Part shown: positions 28,855-40,239 of the stretch, piece after piece | Numbering within the stretch: position 1 is the first letter of the stretch | Layout of the letters: every line of letters begins with the position of its first letter | DNA from: Macrostomum lignano | Taxonomy: Eukaryota | NCBI GenBank assembly: GCA_002269645.1 | Contig: NIVC01000031.1 | Location: forward strand, 744,001-808,000 | Direction: 5' to 3' | Length of the DNA stretch: 64,000 nt | Program-made: the position numbers and the translations under genes | The notes under the pieces: generated by a model | Told to the model about the DNA's origin: nothing | Databases searched by the model: none | What the model saw: the letters and a program-made list of their open reading frames with translations, nothing else

Positions 28855-30285
28855 ACTTGTAGGACTGAGTATCTAGGGGTTTAGCACACCTGTAGGACTG
28901 AGTATCTAGGGTCTAGCACACCTGTAGGACTGAGTATCTAGGGTTTAGCACGCCTGTAGGACTGAGTATCTAGGGTTTAGCACACCTGTAGGACTGAGTA
29001 TCTAGGGTTTAGCACACCTGTAGGACTGAGTATCTAGGGTTTAGCACACCTGTAGGACTGATTATCTAGGGTTTAGCACACCTGTAGGACTGATTATCTA
29101 GGGTTTAGCACACCTGTAGGACTGATTATCTAGGGTTTAGCACACCTGTAGGACTGAGTATCTAAGGTTTAGCACACCTGTAGGACTGAGTATCTAAGGT
29201 TTAGCACACCTGTAGGACTGAGTATCTAGGGTCTAGCACACCTGTAGGACTGATTATCTAGGGTCTAGCACACCTGTAGGACTGAGTATCTAGGGTTTAG
29301 CACACCTGTAGGACCGAGTATCTATGGGTTTAGCACACCTGTAGGACTAAGTATCTAGGGTTTAGCACACCTGTAGGACCGAGTATCTATGGGTTTAGCA
29401 CACCTGTAGGACTGAGTATCTATGGGTTTAGCACACTTGTAGGACTGAGTATCTAGGGTTAAGCACACTTGTAGGACCGAGTATCTAGGGTTTAGCACAC
29501 TTGTAGGACTGAATATCTAGGGTTTAGCACACTTGTAGAACTGAGTATCTAGGGTTTAGCACACCTGTAGGACTGAGTATCTAGGGTTTAGCACACCTGT
29601 AGGACTGAGTATCTAGGGTTTAGCACACCTGTAGGACTGAGTATCTAGGGTTTAGCACACCTGTAGGACTGAGTATCTAGGATTTAGCACACCTGTAGGA
29701 CTGAGTATCTAGGGTTTAGCACACCTGTAGGACCGAGTATCTATGGGTTTAGCACACCTGTAGGACTGAGTATCTAGGGTTAAGCACACTTGTAGGACCG
29801 AGTATCTAGGGTTTAGCACACTTGTAGAACTGAATATCTGGGTTTAGCACACTTGTAGAACTGAGTATCTAGGGTTTAGCACACCTGTAGGACTGAGTAT
29901 CTAGGGTTTAGCACACCTGTAGGACTGAGTATCTAGGGTTTAGCACACCTGTAGGACTGAGTATCTAGGGTTTAGCACACCTGTAGGACTGAGTATCTAG
30001 GGTTTAGCACGCCTGTAGGACTGAGTATCTAGGGTCTAGCACACCTGTAGGACTGATTATCCAGGGTTTAGCACACCTATAGGACTGAGTATCTAAGGTT
30101 TAGCACACCTGTAGGACTGAGTATCTAGGGTTTAGCACGCCTGTAGGACTGAGTATCTAGGGTCTAGCACACCTGTAGGACTGATTATCCAGGGTTTAGC
30201 ACACCTATAGGACTGAGTATCTAAGGTTTAGCACACCTGTAGGACTGAGTATCTAGGGTTTAGCACACCTATAGGACTGAGTACA
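28855..30285. repeat. 32-bp minisatellite (~44 copies) upstream of the TSR1 start codon
   Basis: Unit GTAGGACTGAGTATCTAGGGTTTAGCACACCT; lies between a possible donor (CAG|GTATT, 28836) and an acceptor (AATAG|, 30354). Confidence 0.95.
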
Positions 30286-30380
30286 TCGTGTCTATCACTC
30301 CTTTCACAGTATCTATAAATCCATCCAAATCCTTAATCCTTCTGCTTGAAATAGAGCCATCAATTTCTCGCTAAAGCAGA

Positions 30381-31942
30381 ATGCGCCCAAACAGCAAAGC
30401 AGCAAGCCGGCACAAGCCTGGCGCTTTTAAAACCGTAAACAAAGCTCATAAATCTGGCCGACACAAGTCTAATCGAGGCTTAAAACGACTTGTAGCCGGC
30501 GGCGGTCGGGTCTCAAAGACGACATCGACTTCAAATTCAAATAATAGCGCCGCTAAAGCTGCTCGATTGCGAAATTTGCCAAAATCTGAGCAAAGAAACC
30601 GGCTAAAATTAATTCGAGAAGCTACGATAGCCAAAGCTGTTGGCAAAACGGTTGAGCAGTTGCGAGAGTTGAAGAAATCTTCGACAAAAAATTCTACTGC
30701 TGGCAAAGCTAGGAAATTGTCTAACGCCGCTCTAGGTGTAGGCTTGGTGCCGCCAATCCTAGTGACCTTTGTCTGTGCTGACTCTGGCCTGCCATGCCGT
30801 CTGCTGCAAGCCATGGCCCAGCAGGGGGCCTCGGGTCTGCCTGGCGTGCCTGGATTTCAATTTCGATTCGTTAGACCCACTGGTGAGTGTTTTTGGGACT
30901 GAAATTAGAGATAAAATCTCATTTCTATCTCACTCTGAATCTCATTGCTATCTCACTCTGAATCTCATCCCTATCTCACCCTGAATTTCATTGCTATCTC
31001 ACTCTGAATCTCATCCCTATCTCACCAAAAATCTCTGTCCTATCTCACCCCAAATCTCATTTCTATCTCCCCTAAATATCATTCCTATCTCATCCTGTAT
31101 CTTATTTCTATCTCACCCTGAATCTCAATCCTATCTCACCCTGAATCTCATTCCTATCTCACCTTAAATCTCATTCCTATCTCACCCTAAATCTCAATCC
31201 AATCTCACCCTAAATCTCAATCCTATCTCACCCTAAATCTCATCCCTATCTCACCCTAAATCTCATTCCTATCTCACCCTAAATCTCATTCCTATCTCAC
31301 CCTAAATCTTTCTCTTTTTTATTCTCTCTCTTTCAGAATCGCCCGCCTCCCTATTGGAATGCCTGGACCTGGCCAAAGTGTCCGATTCTCTGGTGCTGAC
31401 ATTTCAAGCCGGTTCAGAATTTACCGAACAATTCCAACGGGTATTGTCCAGCCTGTTTGCCCAGGGTCTGCCTACCCAGCTGTACGCGGCGGTGCTCACT
31501 GCCGCTGACACTCAACGCGATCGCAAGGCCTGGGAGAAGGCGGCCAGAGCCGATTTGGAGCGTCACGGATTCGGTTTGCCTGCCGACTGCGGCTTTCTGA
31601 CTGTTCGAGACAGCCAAGATTTGGGCGCTCTTTTGCGACGCATTTCCAGCCGGAGGTTGGTGACTCATCCGGCTAAAGCTGCCAGCGCTGCCGCTAATAA
31701 AACCGGATGTCCGGCATTTGCGAAAGCCCGCTGCTATGGACTGGCTGAGCAGGTGGGTGTCTGTGCTCATGGACAGGCGGATAGACAGACACTGAGACAT
31801 GTGGACATACAGACAGACATACAGATGGACAGATAGGAACTTAAACAGATGGACAGACACTGAGACAAATGAACAGGCAGACACAGACAGATGGACAGGC
31901 AGAAACTGAGACAGATAAACAGACATACCCAGAGGCATATGA

Positions 31943-31997
<55 letters not shown>

Positions 31998-32222
31998 CAG
32001 ACACTGAGACTGATGGACAGACAGACAGACAGACACTGAGACAGATGAACAGACAGACAGACAAACACTAAGGCGGATGGACAGACAGACAGACAGACAG
32101 ACAAACACTAAGGCGGATGGACAGACAGACAGACAAACACTAAGACAGATGAACAGACAGACACAGACAGATGGACAGGCAGAAACTGAGACAGATAAAC
32201 AGACATACCCAGAGGCATATGA

Positions 32223-32273
<51 letters not shown>

Positions 32274-35140
32274 CAGACACTGAGACTGATGGACAGACAG
32301 ACAGACAGACACTGAGACAGATGAACAGACAGACAGACAAACACTAAGGCGGATGGACAGACAGACAGACAGACAGACAAACACTAAGGCGGATGGACAG
32401 ACAGACAGACAAACACTAAGACAGATGAACAGACAGACAGACAAACACTAAGACGGATGGACAGACAGAAACTGAGACAGATAAACAGACATACCCAGAG
32501 ACATATGAACGGACAGACACTGGGGCGGGGCTTAAGGCAGGCCTGCATGAAAGTACATAACAGTTGCAGAAAGCTGGCCTAACTATATTTTCAGGTCACT
32601 CAGCTGCCGCAGCAGCAGCAGCTCCGCATGGTCACTCACATCCGAGGCCCTGGGCCAGTCGGCCTAAGCACTGGCGACTTGTTGCACCTGGTTGGCTGGG
32701 GCGATTATCGACTGACTGGTTGGACAGAGCTGGCTAATGAAGATAACAAGGTAAATATTAAAAGTACAATTTACTAGCTCATATTGAAACTTGATGTCGT
32801 GATAATTGTATGATACCCTTAAAAATCCTTTCTAATCTTTCAAAATTGCTCCAAACTCTTAGAATCGCTCTCAGAATCGCACCAGACTCTCAGAATCGCC
32901 CCAGACTCTCAGAATCGCCCCAGACTCTCAGAATCGCCCACCGGCTCAGAATCCTTCTCAGACTCACAGAATCGCCCTCAGACTCTCAGAATCGCCCCCA
33001 TACTCAGAATCGCCCAGACTCTCAGAATCGCCAACAGATTCTCAGAATCGCTCTCAGACTCTCATAATCGCCCTCAGACTCTCAGAATCGCCCTCAGACT
33101 CTCAGAATCGCCCTCAGACTCTCAGAATCGCCTCCAGACTCTCAGAATCGCCCTCAGACTCTCAGAATCGCTCTCAGACTCTCAGAATCGCTCTCAAACT
33201 CTTAGAATGGCTCTCAGACTCTCAGAATCGCTCTCAGACTCTCAGAATCGCTCTCAAACTCTCAGAATCGCTCTCAGACTCTCAGAATCGCCCTCAAACT
33301 CTCTCAGAATCGCCTCCAGACTCTCAGAATCGCCTCCAGACTCTCAGAATCGCCCTCAGACTCTCAGAATCGCCCTCAAACTCTCAGAATCGCCTCCAGA
33401 CTCTCAGAATCGCCCTCAGACTCTCAGAATCGCATTCTAAGCTCTCTCTGCTTTTTTATTTTAGGACGTGGACATGATGGAGGCATCCGAAGACCCCGTT
33501 GAGCTGCCTGTTACTCAAGAAGTCACCATGGAAGATGCCGCCATCTTTGACAGCGCAACCGAGTCTTCTGCTTCCAATCCTAAAAAGCAGGTGAAATTCG
33601 ACCAGACCCAGTCAGGCAATGAACAAGAAGAAGCGGCTGTCCTGCCTTCGCAATTAGAATTCCCAGACGAAGTGGACACCCCCAAGGATGTCCCAGTTCG
33701 CGAGAGATTCTCAAAATATCGCCTGTTGAACGAGTCGGCCAGCTGGGATCCGTGGACAGATTTGCCAGACGCCTACGCTAATCTGGTTCGATTTTCTAAT
33801 TTCGTTCACGCCAGAAATCGGATGGTTAAACAGACGAAGGCGACTGCTTCTGAGCTGACGGTTGGTAGGAGAGCAGATTTGCAGCTTGAGCCTGTGACTG
33901 CTGAGGTGAGTTATACGCATTTCTAATGTTGTATAGGTCCCATGCCATAAGTTTTAATCAGTTTCTGTACAGTGACTGTACACTCCCTAGTTTGTTCCTG
34001 TACAGTGTCTGTACACTCTTAGTTTATTCCTGTACAGTGTCTGTACACTCTTAGTTTATTCCTGTACAGTGTCTGTACACTCTTAGTTTATTCCTGTACA
34101 GTGTCTGTACACTACTAGTTTATTCCTGTACAGTGTCTGTACACTCTTAGTTTATTCCTATACAGTGTTTGTACACTCCTAGTTAATTCCTGTACAGTGT
34201 CTGTACACTCCTAGTTAATTCCTGTACAGTGTCTGTACACTCCTAGTTAATTCCTGTACAGTTACTGTATACTCCTCGTTTTTTCCTATGCAGTGACTGT
34301 ACACTCCCTAGTTTATTCCTGTACAAAGACTGCACTCTCCCAAAGTCTAAAGTTCAGATGAATCTGGTTGCTTGTCTACGAGTATTTACACAAAGACTTT
34401 AATTGTGTTTATTACCCCATTCCTCCGCCATCCCGCAGTCCCCTCAGAGCATGCCCAGCTCAGCCGCTCCAGCCCTAGTCTGGTACCGCATGCTTGAGCA
34501 CGAGAACCGGCTGAGCCTGCTCAACTGCTCAGTCCGTTTAAATCCGTCGCGTGAACAGCCGCTGGCTGCGGATCGCAACCGGCCGCTGCTGTGGCAGGTT
34601 GGCTGGCGTCGGTTCTATTCTGGTCCGGTGTTGAGCGAGTCTGACAACAACAGCAACAGCAGTATTGTTGGAGCTGGTAAAGCATCCTCGGTGAAGCTTT
34701 GCCTGAGACACCTGCTACCTGGAGAGCACGCCACTGCTTCGTTCTATGCTCCATTAACATTCACGCCAGCTCCTGTCATAGCGATGTCGCCTGATTGTCA
34801 GCAACAGGATCGGCTGCTGTTTAGCGGCAGTCTGGAGTCCTGCGACCCGGCTAGGGTGGTATTGAAACGCGTCATTTTGTCCGGTCAGCCGTTCAAAATT
34901 CACAAACGCTCAGCTGTGATTCGGTATCTATTCTTTAATCCTGAGGATGCGTTGTACTATCGAGATGCGGCTAATCTGAGGACAAAGCATGGTAGGCGCG
35001 GTAAGATTCAGGAACCGGTGGGTACTCACGGTCTGTGCAAGTGTCGCTTCGATGGCCCGGTGACCAATATGGATACGGTTCTGGTGGATTTGTATAAGCG
35101 ACAGTTTCCTAAGCTGAACTATCGACCGGCTACTTGTTGA
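30381..35140 (+). CDS. TSR1: Pre-rRNA-processing protein TSR1 (inactive Bms1-like GTPase fold), ~738 aa, 5 exons
   Basis: Exons 30381-30882, 31337-31752, 32595-32750, 33465-33905, 34439-35140; GT-AG, 2217 nt open frame. Motifs HKPGAFKTVNKAHKSGRH, LECLDLAKVSD, EFPDEVDTP..VPVRERFSKYR, GQPFKIHKRSAVIRYLFFNPED, GRRGKIQEPVGTHG..KC.FD. Confidence 0.95.
30900..31310. repeat. 23-bp minisatellite filling TSR1 intron 1
   Basis: Unit CTAAATCTCATTCCTATCTCACC. Confidence 0.9.
31770..32520. repeat. (GACA)n-rich compound repeat with higher-order duplication, TSR1 intron 2
   Basis: Seen directly; the block 31855-32080 recurs at ~32140-32400. Confidence 0.9.
32830..33440. repeat. 20-bp minisatellite filling TSR1 intron 3
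   Basis: Unit CTCTCAGAATCGCCCTCAGA. Confidence 0.92.
33960..34335. repeat. 32-bp minisatellite in TSR1 intron 4
   Basis: Unit CTGTACACTCCTAGTTTATTCCTGTACAGTGT. Confidence 0.9.
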
Positions 35141-35325
35141 AGCGAAGGAAATTACTTTCATATTTAGATTGACTTTGACCTTTTAATAGGCTTTGAAATG
35201 CGAGTTATTGTTTAGGCAAACTGCTTGTTTAAACTGCACTAGCAGTGAAATATATTTTGTGAATCGCTTTTTTGGAATTCTATCTGTTTGGATGTTATTT
35301 TTTTGTTTTGTAGTAATCAAATTTA

Positions 35326-37236
35326 CACTTCCGGTGCTTTAATCACTGCAATAGCTGTTTTCGTTGAGTCATCACTTCCGGTGCTTGAATCAGTGCTATA
35401 GTGTCTTCGATAAGAGTCACTTCCGGGGTGTGTCAATCAGTGCTATAGTCTCTTCAATAAGAGTCACTTCCGGTGTGTCAATCAGTGCTATAGTCTCTTC
35501 AATAAGAGTCACTTCCGGTGTGTCAATCAGTGCTATAGTGTCTTCGATAAGAGTCACTTCCGGTGTGTCAATCAGTGCTATAGTCTCTTCAATAAGAGTC
35601 ACTTCCGGGGTGTGTCAATCAGTGCTATAGTCTCTTCAATAAGAGTCACTTCCGGTGTGTCAATCAGTGCTATAGTCTCTTCAATAAGAGTCACTTCCGG
35701 TGTGTCAATCAGTGCTATAGTCTCTTCAATAAGAGTCACTTCCGGGGTGTGTCAATCAGTGCTATAGTCTCTTCAATAAGAGTCACTTCCGGTGTGTCAA
35801 TCAGTGCTATAGTCTCTTCAATAAGAGTCACTTCCGGTGTGTCAATCAGTGCTATAGTTTCTTCGATAAGAGTCACTTCCGGTGTGTCAATCAGTGCTAT
35901 AGTCTCTTCGATAAGAGTCACTTCCGGTGTGTCAATCAGTGCTATAGTCTCTTCAATAAGAGTCACTTCCGGGGTGTGTCAATCAGTGCTATAGTCTCTT
36001 CAATAAGAGTCACTTCCGGTGTGTCAATCAGTGCTATAGTCTCTTCAATAAGAGTCACTTCCGGTGTGTCAATCAGTGCTATAGTTTCTTCGATAAGAGT
36101 CACTTCCGGTGTGTCAATCAGTGCTATAGTCTCTTCGATAAGAGTCACTTCCGGTGTGTCAATCAGTGCTATAGTCTATTCGATAAGAGTCACTTCCTGT
36201 ATGTCAATCAGTGCTATAGTCTCTTCAATAAGAGTCACTTCCGGTGTGTCAATCAGTGCTATAGTCTCTTCAATAAGAGTCACTTCCGGTGTGTCAATCA
36301 GTGCTATAGTCTCTTCAATAAGAGTCACTTCCGGGGTGTGTCAATCAGTGCTATAGTCTCTTCAATAAGAGTCACTTCCGGTGTGTCAATCAGTGCTATA
36401 GTCTCTTCAATAAGAGTCACTTCCGGTGTGTCAATCAGTGCTATAGTCTCTTCAATAAGAGTCACTTCCGGTGTGTCAATCAGTGCTATAGTCTCTTCAA
36501 TAAGAGTCACTTCCGGGGTGTGTCAATCAGTGCTATAGTCTCTTCAATAAGAGTCACTTCCGGTGTGTCAATCAGTGCTATAGTCTCTTCAATAAGAGTC
36601 ACTTCCGGTGTGTCAATCAGTGCTATAGTTTCTTCGATAAGAGTCACTTCCGGTGTGTCAATCAGTGCTATAGTCTCTTCGATAAGAGTCACTTCCGGTG
36701 TGTCAATCAGTGCTATAGTCTCTTCAATAAGAGTCACTTCCGGGGTGTGTCAATCAGTGCTATAGTCTCTTCAATAAGAGTCACTTCCGGTGTGTCAATC
36801 AGTGCTATAGTCTCTTCAATAAGAGTCACTTCCGGTGTGTCAATCAGTGCTATAGTTTCTTCGATAAGAGTCACTTCCGGTGTGTCAATCAGTGCTATAG
36901 TCTCTTCGATAAGAGTCACTTCCGGTGTGTCAATCAGTGCTATAGTCTATTCGATAAGAGTCACTTCCTGTATGTCAATCAGTGCTATAGTCTCTTCAAT
37001 AAGAGTCACTTCCGGTGTGTCAATCAGTGCTATAGTCTCTTCGATAAGAGTCACTTCCGGTGTGTCAATCAGTGCTATAGTCTCTTCGATAAGAGTCACT
37101 TCCGGTGTGTCAATCAGTGCTATAGTCTCTTCGATAAGAGTCACTTCCGGTGTGTCAATCAGTGCTATAGTCTATTCGATAAGAGTCACTTCCTGTATGT
37201 CAATCGACCTCTTCAATAATAAGAGCCACTTCCGGT
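35326..37236. repeat. 45-bp minisatellite (~42 copies), each unit carrying an ETS-type CACTTCCGG motif
   Basis: Unit GTCAATCAGTGCTATAGTCTCTTCAATAAGAGTCACTTCCGGTGT; degenerate terminal units keep CACTTCCGG. Confidence 0.95.
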
Positions 37237-37327
37237 TTTTTAGTAAGTGTTCAGTAGGGTTTTTGAACAAATCAGCTTTGCTAATTGCCTTTCATGACGC
37301 CTGCAGCCCCGAGCCAAAGAACTTAGC

Positions 37328-39127
37328 ATGGGCCAGAAAAGCTCTCACCTGAGTATGCTGCACCCGTCCATAATGGACATGCGCGGCTACAAAGTGAAAG
37401 TGTTGGAACTGCCTCCCAGTCCGCTAACTACTGCCTTACTACGCCGAACTAACAAATACTTATTGCGCTTACATCCAGAGAAAATGGACTTAGTTGGCCG
37501 TCACGATAGTATTCGAGTGTGCGAGATCAGTTACTTTCATATTCGAGCACTCAACCAGCTGGGTAGAGTTATTATTATTAGTCTGGGCCGGTCCAGCTGC
37601 TTTGGCGAAGGTAAAATGACTTTACGCTGCAGTAAAACTCTATCCAGCAGCCTCATCTCGTCCAGCTTCATTGGTAGAGCTCATCGACTGTCCACCGAGG
37701 TGTCCTTTCCGTCGTCTTCTAACTCGCAGTCGTCGTCGTCTTACCGACCGGACAGACTTTCAGCACCGATTATGACGCCGACGCAGACACAGCGACAACA
37801 GGTCTCGCCGACATTGCCGCTGCCGCCTACGCCGGCTCCGACATCGTCGGTTGCGCAAGATCGACTGACCAGCATCTCTGCTTCGAGTTTTGAGACTCTG
37901 ACGACAACTCTTGCATCAGCTAGTCTGGCCGATGTCGGTAATTCGACAACGCGTCGACGGCGGAGCAGCAGCAACAGGCAAAATGGCAATGATGAGACTG
38001 CAGAAGATTTGGACGGCTATTTACTGATGATGCCTAGTTAGTTTTTTATCTGTTATTGTTTGCCTGTTGAACTAATAATGATAATAATAATTGATTACAC
38101 CTGCCCCAATCGGGCCAGATGTGCAACCGACAGGCTGCGTACGGCTGTTCTGTCCAGAGACTGGGGGGAGGTCGCCACACACCCTCATTACCTCAGCCAA
38201 TGCTGGCACCCATTTTACAGCCGAGTGAACTGAAGCAATGCAGAGTTTGCTTGAGTCTTGCTCAAGGACAAGGACACAAATTGTTCCAATAGGATCGGGA
38301 ATCGAACCCCCGACCTTCAAGTCGTGAATCCGGCGCTCTGACCACTAGGCTGCAACCCCCTCTCTAAGGCTTTTAAGTTGCACATTTTCTATAATTCGTA
38401 AATCTTAGGATTTTTAAAAAAAGACGTGTTGCCATTGTCACATTTTGAGTAACCTGTAAACATTGAGTCTGTAGACTGTCGCAACATCTGTGCATCACAG
38501 AGGTTCAGTATAGTGTGTAAAGAGTATTGTAAAGACTAAATGGCAGTGTCAATCCAGCGCTTAAAAACGGTCTCAAAAAATGACTCAAAAATTTTCGCAG
38601 GCAGCAGACGTGCTTCTACATCTGGCACATCAGCCGGCAGTTCAGCGACTCCGTCAGGCCGTCACAGTGCAGCAGCAGCCGCAGTCGGCCTCCCCGCTGT
38701 CATCGCAGACGAATACGTTCTGCCAGTGTCCGCACCGGACCTGCAGCGTCAGAGTACATTCGACTTGTACGTCGGTTACTCTGACGGCGTTAGCGACACG
38801 GCTGAAACGCTGACAGATGCTACTAGCCAAGCACTTTATCAGAATCTGCCATCTCCAACTAACCATGTTAGTTCGGGTAGGTATGCGCAGATAGACTGGT
38901 CTCAGGTGATGCAGGACTCGCTTCAGTATCTAGATAGCAGCAGCTCTAGGGCCGCTGTTGGCGCCACCTCAGCTGCAGCAGCCGCTGTCAGAGACGAACC
39001 GCTAGCCGAAGATTCATCGGACGTTTTAAAATACGTATCGATTGATTCGGCCAGGACTCAAGCGATTCGCGATTTAATTGTTGACAAAGTGGACAGTGGC
39101 CGGTCTAGATTGATGACCGATATCTAA
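37328..39127 (+). CDS. IRS-type PTB docking protein (FRS2/IRS/DOK-like) with N-myristoylation motif, ~411 aa, 2 coding exons
   Basis: Exons 37328-38036 (donor GTTAGT) and 38601-39127, phase 1. PTB signature YFHIR...ISLGRSSCFGEGKMTL; N-terminus MGQKSS (MGxxxS); Tyr motifs YLLM, YVLP, YQNL, YAQID, YVSID..RTQAI. Likely 64-nt 5'UTR intron at 37243-37306. Confidence 0.82.
38072..38360 (-). mobile_element. tRNA-headed SINE family A with a CORE-like central domain, in the adaptor intron
   Basis: A-box GCAGCCTAGTGG, B-box GGTTCGATTCC, then CCTTGAGCAAG...CTTCAGTTCACTCGGCTGTAAAATGGG (resembles CORE/V-type SINE cores) and an (ATT)n tail. Confidence 0.8.
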
Positions 39128-39179
39128 ACTCAGTTACTGGACTGTTTTTCTACTACTATTAGTAAGCCGTTGTTTATAG

Positions 39180-39609
39180 CGGAAGGCAAACAGACCCGCA
39201 AAGCCTCTCTATCTGGCCCTCAGGTCCTTTGAAACTTCACATTGGAAATCTGGCCTGCTCAGGGTTTGGGTCTCTTCTCAGTTGTCTTCTCTCACCTCTC
39301 TTCTTTCCTCTCCTGTCGTCTCCTCTCCTCTTATCTCATCTCCTCTCCTCTCCTTTCCTCTCTCCTCTCTCTTTTCCTCTCCCTTCTCTCCCTTCCCTCC
39401 TCTCTCCTCTCCTTTCTTCTCTCACCTCCTCTTCTCTCGTCTCCTCTCCTCTCTCTTCTTTTTAAATCTCTTCTCTCCTCATTCATTCATTCATTCATTA
39501 ACATCTCCTTTCTCCTCTGTATTCCCTTTACTCTCTATTTTCCTCTGGCCCGAAGCCATGCGCTAGTTTTCCTATCTGGTCGTTGAGGTGAAAAGTTTGC
39601 CGAACCCTG
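39180..39609. mobile_element. hAT-like MITE with expanded CT-rich interior
   Basis: Ends AAAAGTTTGCCGAACCCTG; subterminal GAAACTT..AATCTGGCCTGCTCAGGGTT shared with 43985-44090 and 56871-57160. Confidence 0.55.
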
Positions 39610-40239
39610 CTGAAATATAGTTCGTAAATAAAATTTGCAAAATTATAAACTTCAATAAGAAATTTAAGAAGTATTGAGTTGATTAACTCTGCCTAAATAC
39701 TGGTGCTTCAATTTTGTTCGAGTATCTTGAACACCTGCTCCACTATATTTATCTTTCTCATCTAATCCAATGCAATATAACAATTGTTTTCCTTTTTGAC
39801 TAACTACGAGTATTTTGTTTCGTTTTTTTGGTCTCTCAACAATTTCAAAATTTTATACAGCTATCAGTTGGTTCGCTTCCGTGAACTTTATTCGTTTTTA
39901 TTTTATTGTAGAATTTCAATTTGTTGTCTGTTAAAATCCATTTATTACTACTAATTTGCCAAAATACAAGTAGTATTTAATAATTGGCCTACTAATATTA
40001 ATTATATTTCAATAGTTTGAACCTTTTGTTAAAATTGTTGTTTTTTGTACAGTTGACATCATATATACGCGAGTTTTTACGGTCGCTCTTTATTTAAACA
40101 AATATTTTGTGCAATTTTGCGCACCTGGAATTGCCTACAATATACCCCCATACTCTTGACCTTACTCTTTGTATCAATACCGAAAATTGCACCTATCTAC
40201 TTATTTCTCTCAGTAGCCAAATTTGCGTTTTTTGTCGTT

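Noticed and set aside
28855-30285. CRISPR-like appearance of the 32-bp and 45-bp arrays
   Set aside because: Units are contiguous with no unique spacers, there are no cas genes, and the context is eukaryotic.
37243-37306. Acceptor at 37306 as proof of trans-splicing or of an upstream PH exon
   Set aside because: A GTAAGT donor 64 nt upstream with a CTAAT branch point explains it as a cis 5'UTR intron, and the upstream frame contains a stop.
38290-38360. Possible tRNA genes (also 27700-27752 and 8540-8607)
   Set aside because: A/B boxes are present but no complete cloverleaf is evident, and the heads continue into shared SINE bodies.
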